A stretch of 64,000 nucleotides of DNA from Amoebidium appalachense (GCA_963693365.1 CAVNZM010000016.1:1969484-2033483); one strand, 5' to 3'. Shown: positions 1-44,724, numbered from the stretch's first letter. Numbers and translations are program-made. The notes: generated by a model not told the origin, from the sequence alone.

Positions 1-65
1 CACATCCACCCCACTCATCCACCCATCCACCCTCCCACCTCCCCCAGTCTCCTCCCCTCCCCCCC

Positions 66-105
<40 letters not shown>

Positions 106-491
106 CCCCGCCACCCACCATCACCAACATCCTAACGAGCAGCTCGCTAATAATCACTACACACACACACACCCACGCTAACCATCACACCAACCCCCCC
201 CCCCCCCCCCCCACCCCCCCCCCCCTCCCTCCCCGGCGCCCCCCACCCACACCCAACCCACCCACCCCCTATCCCACTTCCTTTTCACCCCGCCCCAAAT
301 CCACCCACCCACCCACCCATCCATACACCTGCACACACACACACACACACACACACCTTTTCAGCCAACCTATCGATTACGTCGTTACTGCTCCTCAACC
401 CCCCTCCCCCCATCCCCCACCCAGGCTCAACCCATACAAACACCCCCCTCTCCCCCCCCCCTCCGCCCCCTCCCATCAAACACACACCCAC

Positions 492-8740
<8,249 letters not shown>

Positions 8741-9070
8741 GGTGAAGATTAAATGCACACCGGCGCACAGGGCAAAGGGTTCTATTGTGCACCAGAGTTA
8801 ACCAAGACGCGAAGAAGCAGGTTATGGTATTATTGCTTGGTGTCTACGAACCGAGCTTTGAATTAGTCACCAACACTAACGTTTATCTTCTGCAGCATTG
8901 GTAGCCGTCCAAGGAGGCGAAATATTACCTAAAGGCTAACTTTTTAGGAAGATATACCCCTGATCTCCGCGTCTTTTAGTCTAAAAATCTACTGTTTCTT
9001 ACGATGTTTTTTTTTGCTGTTTTGCACCCCGTTTTTCGTTTGCGCAGTGTTGCCACTGCAGTGACACAGT

Positions 9071-9441
9071 GAGCCGCTTCGCGTTGATCTAGATATCCAA
9101 ATATCTAGATTGTTATATTTACGTATAACATTCTCGCAATCCGATCGATCTGTTAACTTCTTACAAATTGCATAAAATCTAAATTGATTTCGACCCTCTT
9201 CCAGATGGGCGAATCTGGAAGGGGGGGGGGGGTCTTCTAGATGACTGGGATGAGACGATTGGTCCTTGGAACTCGCCTAAATATCTCTTATCCAATATAA
9301 TTGCGATCAACGATCTAGACAATCCAGTTTCTAAACTGCTCTACACGAATCGAGCAGAATTTTACATAGATATTTAAAGAACGGCATTGGTTTTCTAAAC
9401 TCGCCAAGTATGTGAATGTTTAGATCAACGCGAAGCGACTC
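9071..9441. mobile_element. MITE-like element (~370 bp) in the kinesin/UVRAG divergent intergenic region
   Basis: Inverted termini GAGCCGCTTCGCGTTGATCTA (9071-9091) and TAGATCAACGCGAAGCGACTC (9421-9441), one mismatch. AGT flanks both sides (possible 3-bp TSD). No ORF inside. Confidence 0.5.
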
Positions 9442-10270
9442 AGTTTATGTTACTCCGCCGCGGGATTGGACATACGACATTCTTTTGGAAGCTGGCCAAA
9501 TAGACTACACATTCAACTAATGATGAGAAAAGAAGAAATGGCTACATAGTTGTCTCTTTAATAGGCCTAAAAGCTGTGTCCCAAGTGTTTAATCTATAGT
9601 GCTTTATACTATATAGCTATTTTGTGCTATAGATGTGCCATGAATCAATTTGTATATGGTTTAGAAGAGCAGCCAAGGAAGATCCATTTTACGGGCCAAA
9701 AAAGTCAAGTTTACACACCTCGAGCGCAGCCAATTAAAACGATAAACCCCTGTAAAACGATTAAAGCAAATCAGAAAACTCCAAAAACCTGCCATTTTTA
9801 GGCATAAATAAACCTGGCATTTAGCCATATTAGGCAGAACCTCACACTGTTTTTCTTTAATACTGCTGTACGTTTTTGGCGGCAACACAGTTGACTGAAA
9901 ACTTGTGCGGAGTCTCAGAAGAAGTGATCATTGAGTAGAAATCTTGAAGAATTACACACGCACTGAGTAGAAGCTTGAATAATTACACACACATGCACAC
10001 GTACACGCGACTTTTTCGTTATACTACTCTCTCTCAACAGCACGCATTTCTTCACTTATACATCGTATCCAAGGGTTCCTTCCTTTCATCCATGAAATAA
10101 ACGGCTCAGTTATCGGAACAGTGTGCGACCCTATCATCAGAGTGCTCAATGCAGTGTTCAAAAAGGGGGGATTAACAGACACCCTCTGCCTTACCCTGTC
10201 GTTCAAGGAGTACATAGATTTCATATATTAAAATTAGCAATGTTTAGGGTTTAGGCCGAAACGCTCACAG

Positions 10271-21680
<11,410 letters not shown>

Positions 21681-21912
21681 GTACGTCCCCGGAACATCCC
21701 CCCTCCCCCACCTCCCGCCCCTCCCTCCAGCTGCCACCCCCTCCCCCCCCCCCCCCCCCCCCTCTCTCTCTCTCCCTCTCTCCCTCCTCCTTCCCCTCAC
21801 CCTCCCTTCAACCCAATTCCATCTCCCCTGTCTCCCTCAACCAGGTGGGGAAGAGAGGAAGGGGGAAGACGGGGGGGGGGGGAGGGGGGGGGGGGAGGGG
21901 GGGAGAGGGCCG

Positions 21913-21953
<41 letters not shown>

Positions 21954-22069
21954 CTGCAATTGGGGTATGTCGAGCACACAGAAACATTTTAAAAAAACGA
22001 ACACATGCCGAGCGCTCGCACATGCACCAAAGCAGCTGAGCACCTGTCAGGATTTTTATTTTTTTTATT

Positions 22070-22117
<48 letters not shown>

Positions 22118-22348
22118 TAAGGAGCAGTTTCAAGATACTTCAGAAATAGGATAAGATAGTATTGTATAGATCGGACAGTATTGTATATTTTAAATCTTTA
22201 GATAAACTCAAATTTCAAAAAACCCGACCGATGCTTTTTCAGGGGACCCTTTGCCATGGATGATTCTGGAAGCCTGACTTCCCTGGCAGCCGTAATTCCT
22301 CCCCCACAGAAGGTGGACTCTCCCCCCCCCCCCCCCCCACTCCTAAAA

Positions 22349-22388
<40 letters not shown>

Positions 22389-22407
22389 TATGTACATGCA
22401 CACACAA

Positions 22408-22453
<46 letters not shown>

Positions 22454-22806
22454 AGAGGCACCAGGTAAAACTTGCTTTCTGTGTTAAATGCCATGGTTTT
22501 CTCGCCTTATCGTTGCGGACAAATTCTTATGTCTTTCATTATAGGCTCACTGTCGCAGCCCCCCCAAAAAACACGCACACGCGCGTGCGCACACACACAC
22601 ACACGACCACCACCACCCCCCGGTGATCGTGGGAGAGAGATGTTAAAGAGTAGTTCCCGATTCTTTTGTCGAGGTATAAAGCCCTTTTTGAATGGGATCT
22701 GTTTGTAGTGGCTTCTTCCTGCACCAATTGCTTCCATTGTTTGTTTCTTTTTCCCCCTCTTGTCGTCCTGTCTTTTCTTTGCTCTCTCTTTCTCTCTCCC
22801 TCTCTC

Positions 22807-22845
<39 letters not shown>

Positions 22846-23534
22846 TTTTTTTTTTTTGTTTTGTTTGTTTGATTGGATGACTCTCTTTGCTTCATATTGT
22901 CATTACTTCGGCGTTCGCCACCCACTAATGCATGCATACACCTCCCCCACATGCAGAAAGGGCACCGTCGAGCGAAATCGAGCTGAGAAGAGAGGCTGTC
23001 CCAACGAACAATTTTGCTTGTGTGTAAGGTTTTATCTCAACTTGTTAATGGTTTTAAACGAGAAACTCACCTTTGCGGATGTCATATATCACGTATTTTT
23101 TAATATTAATATTGAATGTGGTGTGAGTTTTAATCACATTGGTGTGTACGTATCTGCATTTTAAAAAAGGTTTTAAAAAGGATTGAATGTGTGAACACAT
23201 GTGACATATACACCCCAACCACAATCACTTTGTATTCGTAGAAGAAAGAACGCATGGGGCAGTTTCAACAGTGTTTTATAGTTCTATGGTGATACCGTTT
23301 TATATGTATGTGGCGATAATGTTTTATAGTTATATGGCAATCACGCTTTATAGTTATTTGACGGTCGCGTTTTATAGTTCTATGGCGATACAGATATATG
23401 CGGTAACCCATACTTTCTCCTATTGCCATGCTGAGTAACACTTCCCGCCTGTGCACCTTTGTACCCGAACGTGAAAAACCCACTCACGTAATGCATTTCT
23501 CAACACTGGTGTGTCTGGTTTTGGTGTCTGTGCG

Positions 23535-23570
<36 letters not shown>

Positions 23571-24185
23571 ATGGCTGTGGAGCAAAAATGCGCGAAAATT
23601 GCTAGAAATACGGCACTTTTCCGTTACGATGCTGTTTCATCAACAGTTTCCCGGTTATAGTGGCTTGGAACGAATGATGTGGGATACGAGTAGTCTATTC
23701 CTAGCAGAAGATGGCATGTTTAACATAATAAATAAATAAAATTTGAACGGCAAATTAAGCTTTTTAAATTTTGTCTGGTCTGCGTAAAGAATTATAATCG
23801 GTCCACTTAGATTGAAGCGTAATGAACACTTTGATATATAGGGCTTGCTTGTCACGTGTGTAACAGGTGTGTGTGTGCACGCGCATGTGTGAGCGCCAAC
23901 GCACGGTACCGATGTGTTTTTGTGTGTTTCACACGTGTGTGCATATGCATGTGCATGTGGGTGTTCTTTTGCGTGCGTGCGTGTGTGTTGTGTGTGTGTG
24001 TGTGTGCGCGCGCGCGCGCGCGCACGCGTGCGTGTGCGTATGTGCGTGACAGTCGTGCAAGCGCGCATGTACATACGTGTGTGTGTGTGTGTGTGTGTGT
24101 GTTCTTTGCTTTTTTTAGAGGGGGGAAGGGGGGGGGGAAGGCCTAGGATCGCCATAATGAAGCGGCCCTGCCATTATTTCAATGA

Positions 24186-24235
<50 letters not shown>

Positions 24236-24901
24236 GGAGGGGGAGAGGGGGGGGGGGGGGGGGGGGGGGGGGGGTCGTGGGCAGAAATGCTATGCTATTA
24301 CTGATTAACTACAGAGCTTTCCGGTGTCACATCATGGGTCAGCGTCCATACCTGCAGCCCTGGCATCAAAACGATTTCGAAAAGATACGATTGAGAACTG
24401 AAAAGGGAAATGGCCATGATATGCACAATTAATGATCAGCACGGCTTACGCCCTAGCAGCCATTACATCATAATGCTTTATCCCCCCCCCCCCCCCCCCC
24501 CTTCCCCCGCTCTCTCCCATCCCACCTCCCCTGGCGCCACTTCTCTTTGCCCGGCCTTGAGCTACAACTCCAAAAGCAAATATGGTACAACCACTCTTTG
24601 AAACGAGCAATCAAATACAAAGGGACTAGCAAAACAGCAAAGTAAACTGACGCATAAACTAGCAAAACAGCAAATAAACCGGCACATAAACTAGCAAAAA
24701 ACAATCAAATAACATGATAACCAGGTATAGGTGCATGCACATGTTACAGTTGCAGTACAACAGAAAAGTGAGGGTCCTTCGATGGAAAATGGGTCTCTTG
24801 GGACAGATTAACTGCATTCCGACACCGTAACTTCAACTGACAATGTATTTTGAAACAGTAGTACTATATTTCATGAAGGTTCACTCACTCAAAGGGCAAA
24901 C

Positions 24902-25165
24902 TGACAACTAAGTAAGTGATGATAGGATACTACGGTACCGACAGCTATATAGTTTTGGCCCTTTCAAACAGCACGGATCCGGAGATTTCAAGTACAAGTT
25001 CAAGTATTTCATGACGTTTATTATGTGGTATCTCATAAAGCTTTAAGTTCTACTCACCCACAGGGCAAGCACGGTACGATCCCAAATTGACAAACAAGTA
25101 AGCGATGCTATGATACTATGGTACCGACAGCTATATAGTATGGCCCTTTAAATAGCACGGAGATT
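24902..25165 (+). repeat. Two diverged ~75-bp direct repeats
   Basis: The motif AAGTAAG-GATG-TA-GATACTA-GGTACCGACAGCTATATAGT-TGGCCCTTT-AA-AGCACGGA occurs at ~24909 and ~25096. Confidence 0.75.
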
Positions 25166-25582
25166 TGTTGTAGGATATTCAATTTATGCAGCCCAGCCAG
25201 ACATGTAACCGTCTCGCCGATTAGACTCTAGGTTTGGTAGAAGGCCCAAAGAGCGCACACATAATAATTCACCGATGGTAACTTATGTATGACAAGAAAA
25301 AAGACATACACGTATACAGGAAAACGAAACGTAAGAGAACCAGTTGTGGTGTTTCTCCCAGTTCAGGTCCAACCCATGTTAGGCATCCTGGATAGTGAGA
25401 AACAATTCCAGATAAAATAACAGGAATAACAACACCGAAACATGTATGCAATAACTGGAGCTCCAGAGAGCTGGTATGACTCACAGTTTAAAGAGACACC
25501 CAAGTACTCATTAACTCCTTCAAGAGGCACACTGTGATATAATCCTTAAAGGAAAACCACACACCACATGCATACTTTGCAA

Positions 25583-26203
25583 TCAAGCCGTGTTGCTAAG
25601 TGCCTTTGCCTGATCTTCGAAAAACGAAGCAAACCTGCGCACGTCAACCTTCGGGTCTTTCTCCTCCGTCGTCTCTCTCTCCATCTCCTGCCTAATAAAC
25701 GGCGCGGGGATAGGTGCCCTAAGAACCGGTGAAGGCCGTGGGAAGGGGAAACTCTTCGTAGATTTCTTGGCAATGTTGGAGAGGGAATTCTGCGACGCTT
25801 TCGCAGTGAAATTGTTGATGGCGCGGATCTTGATACTCCTTGCGCCCTCCGAGAAGTAGTTTCCACCCTTGTTCGATCCCGTGTCGTAATCGGCGCCTCC
25901 GGCGGCTTTCAGGCGCCTTTGAAGGTCATCGTCGGTGAGAGAGTTGAGATCTTCTGGCTGCACGTGCACCTATAAAATAGAAGAGAGAGAGAGGGTGTGA
26001 GTTGACATCATTATGTGTGTGTGGAGTGGGGGGCAGAACCCGTAGGCCGAGAGGGAGGGGGGAGGGGGGAGGGGGGAGGAGGGGGGGGGGGGGAAGAGAG
26101 GTGGGGGGAGGGGGGGGGGGGAGAGGGGGGAGGGGAGAGGAGGGGGGCCGGTCATCACACAGACATGGGTCGTCTGCAATTGAGTGAGTGAGTGAGTCAC
26201 AGT

Positions 26204-26253
<50 letters not shown>

Positions 26254-26870
26254 CTATGCGCCAAAGACATCTGATTCATATGCACAGTCTTTTTTGTTTT
26301 ATTTTTACTCTATGCTACGCCGCAACCGCGAGCTCTCAAGCATGTGTATGCAATGCACATAGAAATTGTGTGTGCATTTGGCAATTGCGTGCTATGATCT
26401 CGAAACCCAACGGTAATACTATGTAAACAACCTAGTTACTAGCATGGGTAGAAAGAAATCCGCTCATTTAAAAACACGACTCTCAATATTGACATCCTCT
26501 GGAGAGTACGTGCTGCAAAAGTGTAAGAAATTCTTACCTCGACACTGAAGCCATTCATAATCCTGATGACATCAGGCTTCATACCCGACGCCTGCCCACG
26601 CACAATGGGCCCACAGCTCTCTCCCGTCCACTGAATGAGCACAAACTTAGTGCGCTTGCTCTCCAAATCCCCAGAGACGGTACGGTAGAGCGCATACATG
26701 ACTTTGTCGTTTTGAAACCGAGCCTTCAACTCCTTCAGACCACCCTTTCCCTTTGCCGTTCCCACGATTTGGTTGGGACGTTCGAAGTGAAGGAGGCACC
26801 AGTTTGTAGGGGTGCTGTCGTTCTTCACGTCTTGAATATAGTCGGTAACGGATGGGGCAACGCTCGCCAT
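25583..26870 (-). CDS. Coactosin-like ADF-H actin-binding protein with C-terminal extension, 2 exons (26538-26870, 25583-25969)
   Basis: DVKNDSTPTNWCLLHF..GKGGLKEL..ESKRTKFVLIQWTGE..|..RLKAAGGADYD matches coactosin/ADF-H motifs. GT donor at 26537 and AG acceptor at 25970 keep the frame. Confidence 0.88.
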
Positions 26871-28440
26871 TTTATAGTGATGTTCCAAGGAAAATGAAAA
26901 GAAAAAAAAGTTTTCTTGGGGGGATGTACGAAGATTCGGTCGGGAGGTTGAGAGTGTATACACGGGTTTTGAGCTCGAAGTCAGCACAAGTCCTAAGGCG
27001 AGCTTCAGAGAGTTTGCTCTTCTATATATAGCAGCTAGCATAGTTTAGGCGGAGGGCATCCCATTGGTTCAGAGGTTTTGGCGAGAGAAAGGGGTGGTAT
27101 ATATCGAATGGGGCTTTAGTATGGCACTATAGAACCATATTTGGCGTTTAGACAAGCAGTATTTATCCTGTACACCAATCAGATCCAGCCATGTTAGAAC
27201 TGTCTGCTAGTTTCTGGATCGGAATGTTGTGAACTCAAATGCACCTGACTGGTTGGTAATTTCCATAATAGCTAAATTAGGTATATATGTACATTCCAAT
27301 GTTGAGCTGAGCAACTTCTTCAGGAAACGCGAGTGCGTGTTCCTTTTCCAGACTTTTGTAGAAAAATATTTATGCTAATGTGATAAAATAGAGATGTTAA
27401 TATCTAGTATGAATAATAACATGCTTAAGTATCCTAATATGTTTTAAGCAAGAAAAATACTTCGGCACACATATAATGCGAGCGGCCGCACGCGCCGCAT
27501 CATGTACATGTGATTCTGGAAAATGCTATTCCAGATTGCGGAGGATTATGATTGGTCGACCTAATACTAGGGATCTCGGGGCTAGAAATAGTATTGCTTT
27601 CCCAATCACTGGCATTACAGCCTACTTCATTCCAAAAAAGACCAGCCGAAAAAAAAATAAGAGTAAGAAAAAGAAAGAAAAATTGTAAGAAATTTAATTA
27701 TTATAAATTTCAACACATATTGTTGGTTTAATCACGTTGAAAATGCAAACATATCTCCAAGCTCTAATCTTCAGGACTTTGTTGACTTCCGCAACATGAG
27801 TATTCGAGCCCTGCCATAGGCGGCTCACGTGTGCACTGGCATATGGGTGCACGTGTCTGCCGAGTCACACTTCTAGTACACGACCCTAAAAACTCAAAAA
27901 AATAGGCAAGAGGATATCTGGTGTATCTACTCCCCTAATGCTATTCCTGCCAACGACTTGAATAATATCTCTTCAAAAAAGCACCTGCTCAGACCTGTTC
28001 TGCATCCCCCCCCCCTCCCCCCTCCCCCCTCCCCTCCCCCCCCCGGCTCTCGTCCCCTCGCTCTCTTCCTCCCCCCTACCCCCCCACTCTCTCTCCTCCT
28101 CCCTCCCCCCCCCCTCCCCCCCCCCCCCCCCCCTCCACTTCCTCCTCCCTTTACCCACCAACCCCCTTTACCCACCAAGCCATTCCGATAAATGCCGTGA
28201 TCTACGTTGACTTTGTGATGACTGCTTAGTCAAACCCAATTAGTTCATACCTCCCGAAGAAAACATGGCATAAGAGTAATACCATTTGTTGTCTGAACCC
28301 AATTTCAGCCTGGGATTGAAAAGGCGATACGACCTCGGAGTGTAGTTAGTATACATAGAACCAGGTTAATTTTCCCGACTTTCTAAACCCCAGATACACG
28401 AATGCATGTTGCCAAGTGATATAAGCGCTTCGAAAAGAGA

Positions 28441-38965
<10,525 letters not shown>

Positions 38966-39837
38966 ATTTAGATTTTAAAATCAGAATTTAATGACCGGAA
39001 CTGATTGGAGGAAACAATGACGGCAGTTTGGCGGCAACTTGAAGGCACATGGAGAAAAATTAGTGACAAATCCAATCAACTAGTAATGGAAAAGAGAAGT
39101 AAGTGAATGCTTTTAATTTTTTTTGTAGGATTTGGACGTGGTGATGACGTAAAAATGAGCGACTCGGGCAAATGGTTAGGTATGAATGCACGGGGAAAAA
39201 CTATATTTTAGTTTGTGAGTTTGTGAAGCAATTGGCCGTGAACTTTTTTTTTTGGGTGATGCGCTATATGGCGCACGTAAATTGCCCTGAAAAAGGAATG
39301 GATTTATATGGTAATCTTCTGAAATGCTTTTTCTTCGAACTGCTTTTTTGGTTTGTTGGCCTGCAATCTAGTTATTTTTACCCGTATTTGAGCAATTTGC
39401 ACATGCATGAATTTGAATTTGGGGTATGAATTCACAGGGTTTTGAAGTTGGCCGTATATCTCACTGCAGCTGGGTTGTTTGCCTTTTGGGCAATCTAAAA
39501 ATGAGTATCAATTAATAATTACCTGGAATGAATATACTTATAATAATCCTAGCAGCTAGCTTGCACCTGGCCCAAATAGGGTTGCTGTGTTTTTGGCAAT
39601 GTGGATTCTTCCCCACTCCTCCCCCCACGCATTCAAATCCCCCCCTCCCCCTCCTCCCTTTCCCCCCCCTCCCCCCTCCCCCCCTCAAACCCCCCCCAAA
39701 AAGAAAAAAAAAATGCGGACGTCAAACGTCAAGAGATTGAGAGAGGGGAGGAAGAGAGAGAGGGGGGAAGGGGGAGAGAGAGGAGGGGGGGGGGGGGGGG
39801 GAAGAAAAGAAAAAAGAGTAGGTGAGTGGTGGTGGTG

Positions 39838-39914
<77 letters not shown>

Positions 39915-40274
39915 TTGGGGGGGGGGGGGGGGGAAGGGGGGGGGGGGGAAGAAAAGAAAGAAGAATTAAGAATAAGGCATAAAAATTGACAAAAAGACAT
40001 GCAGCGGGTTTCACATATGCCCGGCTTTCATTTGTTGTTGTTTATTAGTTTTTATGTAAACAGCTTATTTTTTTTGTTTTTCTTTTCTTTTTCGAGCCTT
40101 TCTTTCTGTCTTTCTTTCTTTCTTTTTTTTTTTTTTGAGCTCCTGGGCTTTGTGAGAAGCTTCTGGTCTATTTTAATTTTAGTAAAAGTAATCCGCTCTT
40201 TTTTTCCTCTTTCAACATTTTTTTCTTTTTTTTCTTTTCTTTCTTTTTTTTTCTTCTTTTCTTTCTTTCTTTCT

Positions 40275-40361
<87 letters not shown>

Positions 40362-41126
40362 TGTGTACACGTGTGTAAGGTTTTCTTTTTCTTTTTTTTT
40401 TTTTTTTTTGGGGGGGGGGGGGGGTTCAAGAAAAAGCTTCTGGAAGTGCCCAATCAGGTTTCCCTGCCTTAGCCTTCCCATCCCCCCCCCCCCCCCCCCC
40501 CCCCTCCCCCCCGGGCCCCCAGCCCGCCCTCCCTATTCCCTCCCTAGGCCTCCCTCCCTTCCCCTCTGTCTCTCTAGATCTAGCTCTCTCCCTCCCTCCT
40601 GCCTCACTCTCTTTCTCCCTCTCTCTCTAAAATCATGAAATTTCTCTCGTTTTCTCTCCCCCCCCCTCCCCCCCCCCCCCCCCCCCCCCCCCCCTCTTCC
40701 TCCCGAGCTCTCTCCGAGTCCCTTCAGGCATCCATCGAACTCAACATGCGGCAGAAGGTGACATTAGATTAAAGCAACGATTGGGTTCATCCACCATTAA
40801 AAATGGTTTAAACGACCAAACACCAAACGACCAAACACCAATCGAATCGCCTTAAGGTCAATGCACTGTATCGCATTTCTGGGTCATCGCAATCATTGCA
40901 GCAATAACACGAACCTTTTCAGTCTTCAGTTGCAGTTGGAGTCGTTTGTTGGGTTGCGGTGATGTTTCTTCGTTGAATTTTTGTTTTTTTTTGGTGTCAA
41001 TGAATGCACTTCATTCCGGCAGTGGCCCCTCAGCTGTAGCAGCACGAGCTATACATAGCGATTCTTCAAATGCCTTTTTCCTTGCAACCATTTTGGTGAG
41101 ACTTCAGACATAGTTTTTGGTAGAAA

Positions 41127-42413
41127 ATGAGCACTATAAGACGTCGTTTTGAACGACCAAGAAAAAAGGATGCATACACAAGCAAGGACACCCTTCCACC
41201 TCTCAATCTTCACCCCGTTCCTTATACAAAAGAACATGATACAGCCGACTATAGTCCCGATGTTGACTACGAGCACACCACAACTCCACACACAGACCCC
41301 ATCTACGTAGGGGAAACCGAACAGCAACCCCCTGATTCTTATCAAGGTAATTTTGACCAGGAACCAGAGACATCTCTTTCTCTTCCTTCGTTAATTCGCC
41401 GCAGTTCGGACAACCATGAGAGCCTTTGTGTAGTAGAGGATGAGGTGGGAGAGGACACGGAGGGGGTGGAGGTGGAGGGAGGAGCAGGGGAGGAAGAGGA
41501 AGGATTCTTGATACACGAGACTCTTTCACACGAACCGCACGCGGATGTAACACCGACGGTAGAAGTGGCTCGTGTTATGGTGCCGTCTGTAGCAGGAAAA
41601 CGACGCGCGCAATCAACAGCTTTCGACGAACCCGTGCAGAAGAGGGCGCGAAAGACAAACATGCAAGAAGAAGTGGACAATGAAGCGCATGAATTACCCA
41701 CAGCTGGGGATGAGGAGACAGAAACAGATGGACAACATGAACAGGATGAGAATTATGGTGGGAGTGCACAGCACCCGAGGTGCAAGCATGGAAGGTTGAG
41801 GTCGCTATGCTACGATTGTGGGGTGGGGGGTCTTCTGTGCGTTCACAAAAAGCGAAAGGATAGGTGTAATGTTTGCAAGGGGAAGTCTTCGTGTCCGCAC
41901 TGCAGGCAGAGGTCACAGTGCAAGGCATGTGGGGGAAAGAGTCTGTGCCCCCACAACAGAAGAAAACATGAGTGTCGTCTGTGTGGTGGGTCGTCCATCT
42001 GCGTTCACAATAGGAGGAAACGTCTATGTAAGGAATGTGGGGGGGCATCCATATGTCCGCACGGGAGGGTAAAGAGCGTTTGCACGGATTGCAAGGGGGG
42101 GGTCAATTTGCGAACACAAGAAACGACGCACGTATTGTCGCGAGTGTGGGGGTGCGTCTCTGTGTCCGCACAACCGCCAAAGGAGCCTATGTAAGCCGTG
42201 CGGGGGGGTTTCTATATGCCAACATCGCAGGCAGAGGGGAAGATGTAAAGAATGTAAGGGTGTTAAGGTGCTAGAGCAGTGGTATCATAGGAGATGGGGC
42301 GCCTCCGGGGGGAGAGGATGGGGAAGGGGGGGAGGGGGAGGGGGAGGGGGAGGGAGGTGAGAGGGGGGAGGGGGGAGAATTGGTGCCGGAGCCTGAAATT
42401 AAGATTGTATTAG
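41127..42413 (+). CDS. Intronless protein: acidic disordered N-half plus tandem CxHx(R/K)x(R/K)xxCxxC(G/K)G zinc-binding repeats; one-base frameshift in the G8 run at 42095-42102
   Basis: Repeats such as CPHNRRKHECRLCGG and CVHNRRKRLCKECGG. After removing one G the repeats continue (SICEHKKRRTYCRECGG, CPHNRQRSLCKPCGG, CQHRRQRGRCKECKG) to TAG at 42411-42413. Confidence 0.8.
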
Positions 42414-42781
42414 GCCCGGTCCTTTTGGTGGAGGGAAATGGGCACAGGGTTGGGAATGTGGAGGAGGGTGGGGAGGTTGAAAGGCACGTCTAATTGATAT
42501 TTAGCACATACACAGCGATATGTTCTGTACATATACTCTTTTTTTGAAATTTAATGAAACTTAATCAGTCGCCCTTCTTGGATTGGATTTTTGCGACTAA
42601 GAAGGGGGGAGGGAAAAGGGGGGGGGGGGGGGGGGGAATCTTAGAGTAAAAACGTAGGATTGTATATAACTTGTAAGTAGCTTGGTGTAGTATGAATGAT
42701 ACACTCAATGATTCCGCTGGTTACATGGGAGACTAAACTGATAATTAAAAGTACAAATACATTCTAACTTGAAGTGTGTAT

Positions 42782-42819
<38 letters not shown>

Positions 42820-44583
42820 GGGGGGAGGGGGGGGGGGGGGGGGGGGGAGGAAGGGTTATGTGAGAGCTTGGTTTGGCTGACAATGTGCGTTTCGTGGATA
42901 ATGGAATGGTGGCGGGGTGAGGATAGGTGACACATTCCGGTATAAGGTGTGTGTGTGTGTGCGTGTGTGTGTGCGCGTGGTGGTGGTCCCCATGGAGGGC
43001 GAGGGCGGAGGGAAGAGGCCCTGGGGGGGGGGGGGGGGGGGGGGGGTCCAAGTAGTTGGCACCAAATCCAGGCTACCGAATTAATATAGTATCAAGCTCC
43101 ACATTATTAGGATGGGTGGCAATTGCATACGACAGTTCAAAAAGAACAAATCAAAGCAAAAGGATTGTACCAGCCAACCCAGTGCTATTCTTTAAATTTC
43201 AATAGCAGGGGAGGGAAAGCAGGCAATTCGCCCATAAAATGAGCAAAACCTGAAATTGTATTCCTACCTTTTTCTTGAGGTTTATAAAAACTTTTCTTTT
43301 ATTGCAGAAAAAGCCTTGAACAAAAAAATAAAAAACTAAAAAAACTTTGTCGAGAAGCATTCGTTATAAAACAAGCGCTAAAAATGAAAAAGGCTCTGAA
43401 AGAATAGAAAGTGCACGTAGTTAAAAAAATATGTAGCTGTAATATGCGCCCCGACACCCACCCCCCATCTTCGTATGTTGTGGGTGGTGTCCATACGTAG
43501 CTGATGTGCAAAAAGTCACAGTGCAGCCCCCCGAAACCCAACGCAGCCAATCAAAAGCAGTGTCTCGGGAAGAGAGTACCCATTGAAAACCGTCCTTTGC
43601 ACCCACCGGCGTCAGTGTTTATGTCGAAACTCATAGCAAATAAAAACCATGTTGCGCGTGGAAGCCAATATTAGTCTTGTATATTTCTCTTCGCAGCCAA
43701 ACACAAAACATGTTGCTTGTCACGGTAGCCAATAAAATCATGCCGCGAGTGGAAATCATAAAACCCTGTGCGGCATGGAAATCAATTAAAATCCGTTGTG
43801 AAAACGTACGGAAACAAACAGAATCGTGTCGCGTGTAAAAGGCAGCCTGTAAAATGATGTTGTAGGTAACTAATAGCAAGTAAGTCTTAGCTTGAGGTGC
43901 AGCTGCCCGTATAAACGTGTATCAGCCAATAGAATGTGTGCGATCTCTCGGTTTGTAGAAGCCAACCAATAATATCATTCTCTTTAAAGGCAAGTCAGGG
44001 AGCACGTGTACTGGGTGTGTGTGGCAGCCAATTACACCAGTCCGTCCCAGGCACACTACAAACAAACACCCAATCAGTTTGCCTGCATCATTTCCGTAAA
44101 AGGCGCAAACCTAGACTCACTCAATCCACATGCTCACCCATGCTGATCAATGCAGCCTACACAAATGACCACCACAGTGTTCTTTCTAGAGGCCAAAAAG
44201 TTTCAGCCTCCACACACATCTAGAAACTACGTACACAGTCACAGGACTATCACATACTATACAGTCACTCCCTCCCCCCCCCCTCCCCCCTCCCCCCCCC
44301 CCCCCCCCTCTTGTTCCCCCCCCATGCCCTGTTTCCCTCCCTCCGTCCCTCCATGCCTTCCTCCCCTGCGGCCCCCTCTCTCACTTTCCCCCCTAAATCC
44401 TCCCCACTTCCCTTCTCCCTCTCTTCAATACACTGCTGATCTCTTTCTCCCTCCCTCCCTCCCTCGACTCCCACACACACACACACACACACACACTCTC
44501 TCTCTCTCTCGAGCTCCCAGAGTTTCTCCTCCTTTCTCTAGATCCGTACACACACACATGTCACACACACACACACACACACA

Positions 44584-44647
<64 letters not shown>

Positions 44648-44648
44648 G

Positions 44649-44694
<46 letters not shown>

Positions 44695-44724
44695 CCCCCC
44701 CCCCCCCCCCCCCTCTCCCCTCCC

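Noticed and set aside
23272-23392. Degenerate 24-bp tandem repeat (TTTTATAGTT core) as a functional array
   Set aside because: Short, degenerate and intergenic, with no supporting context.
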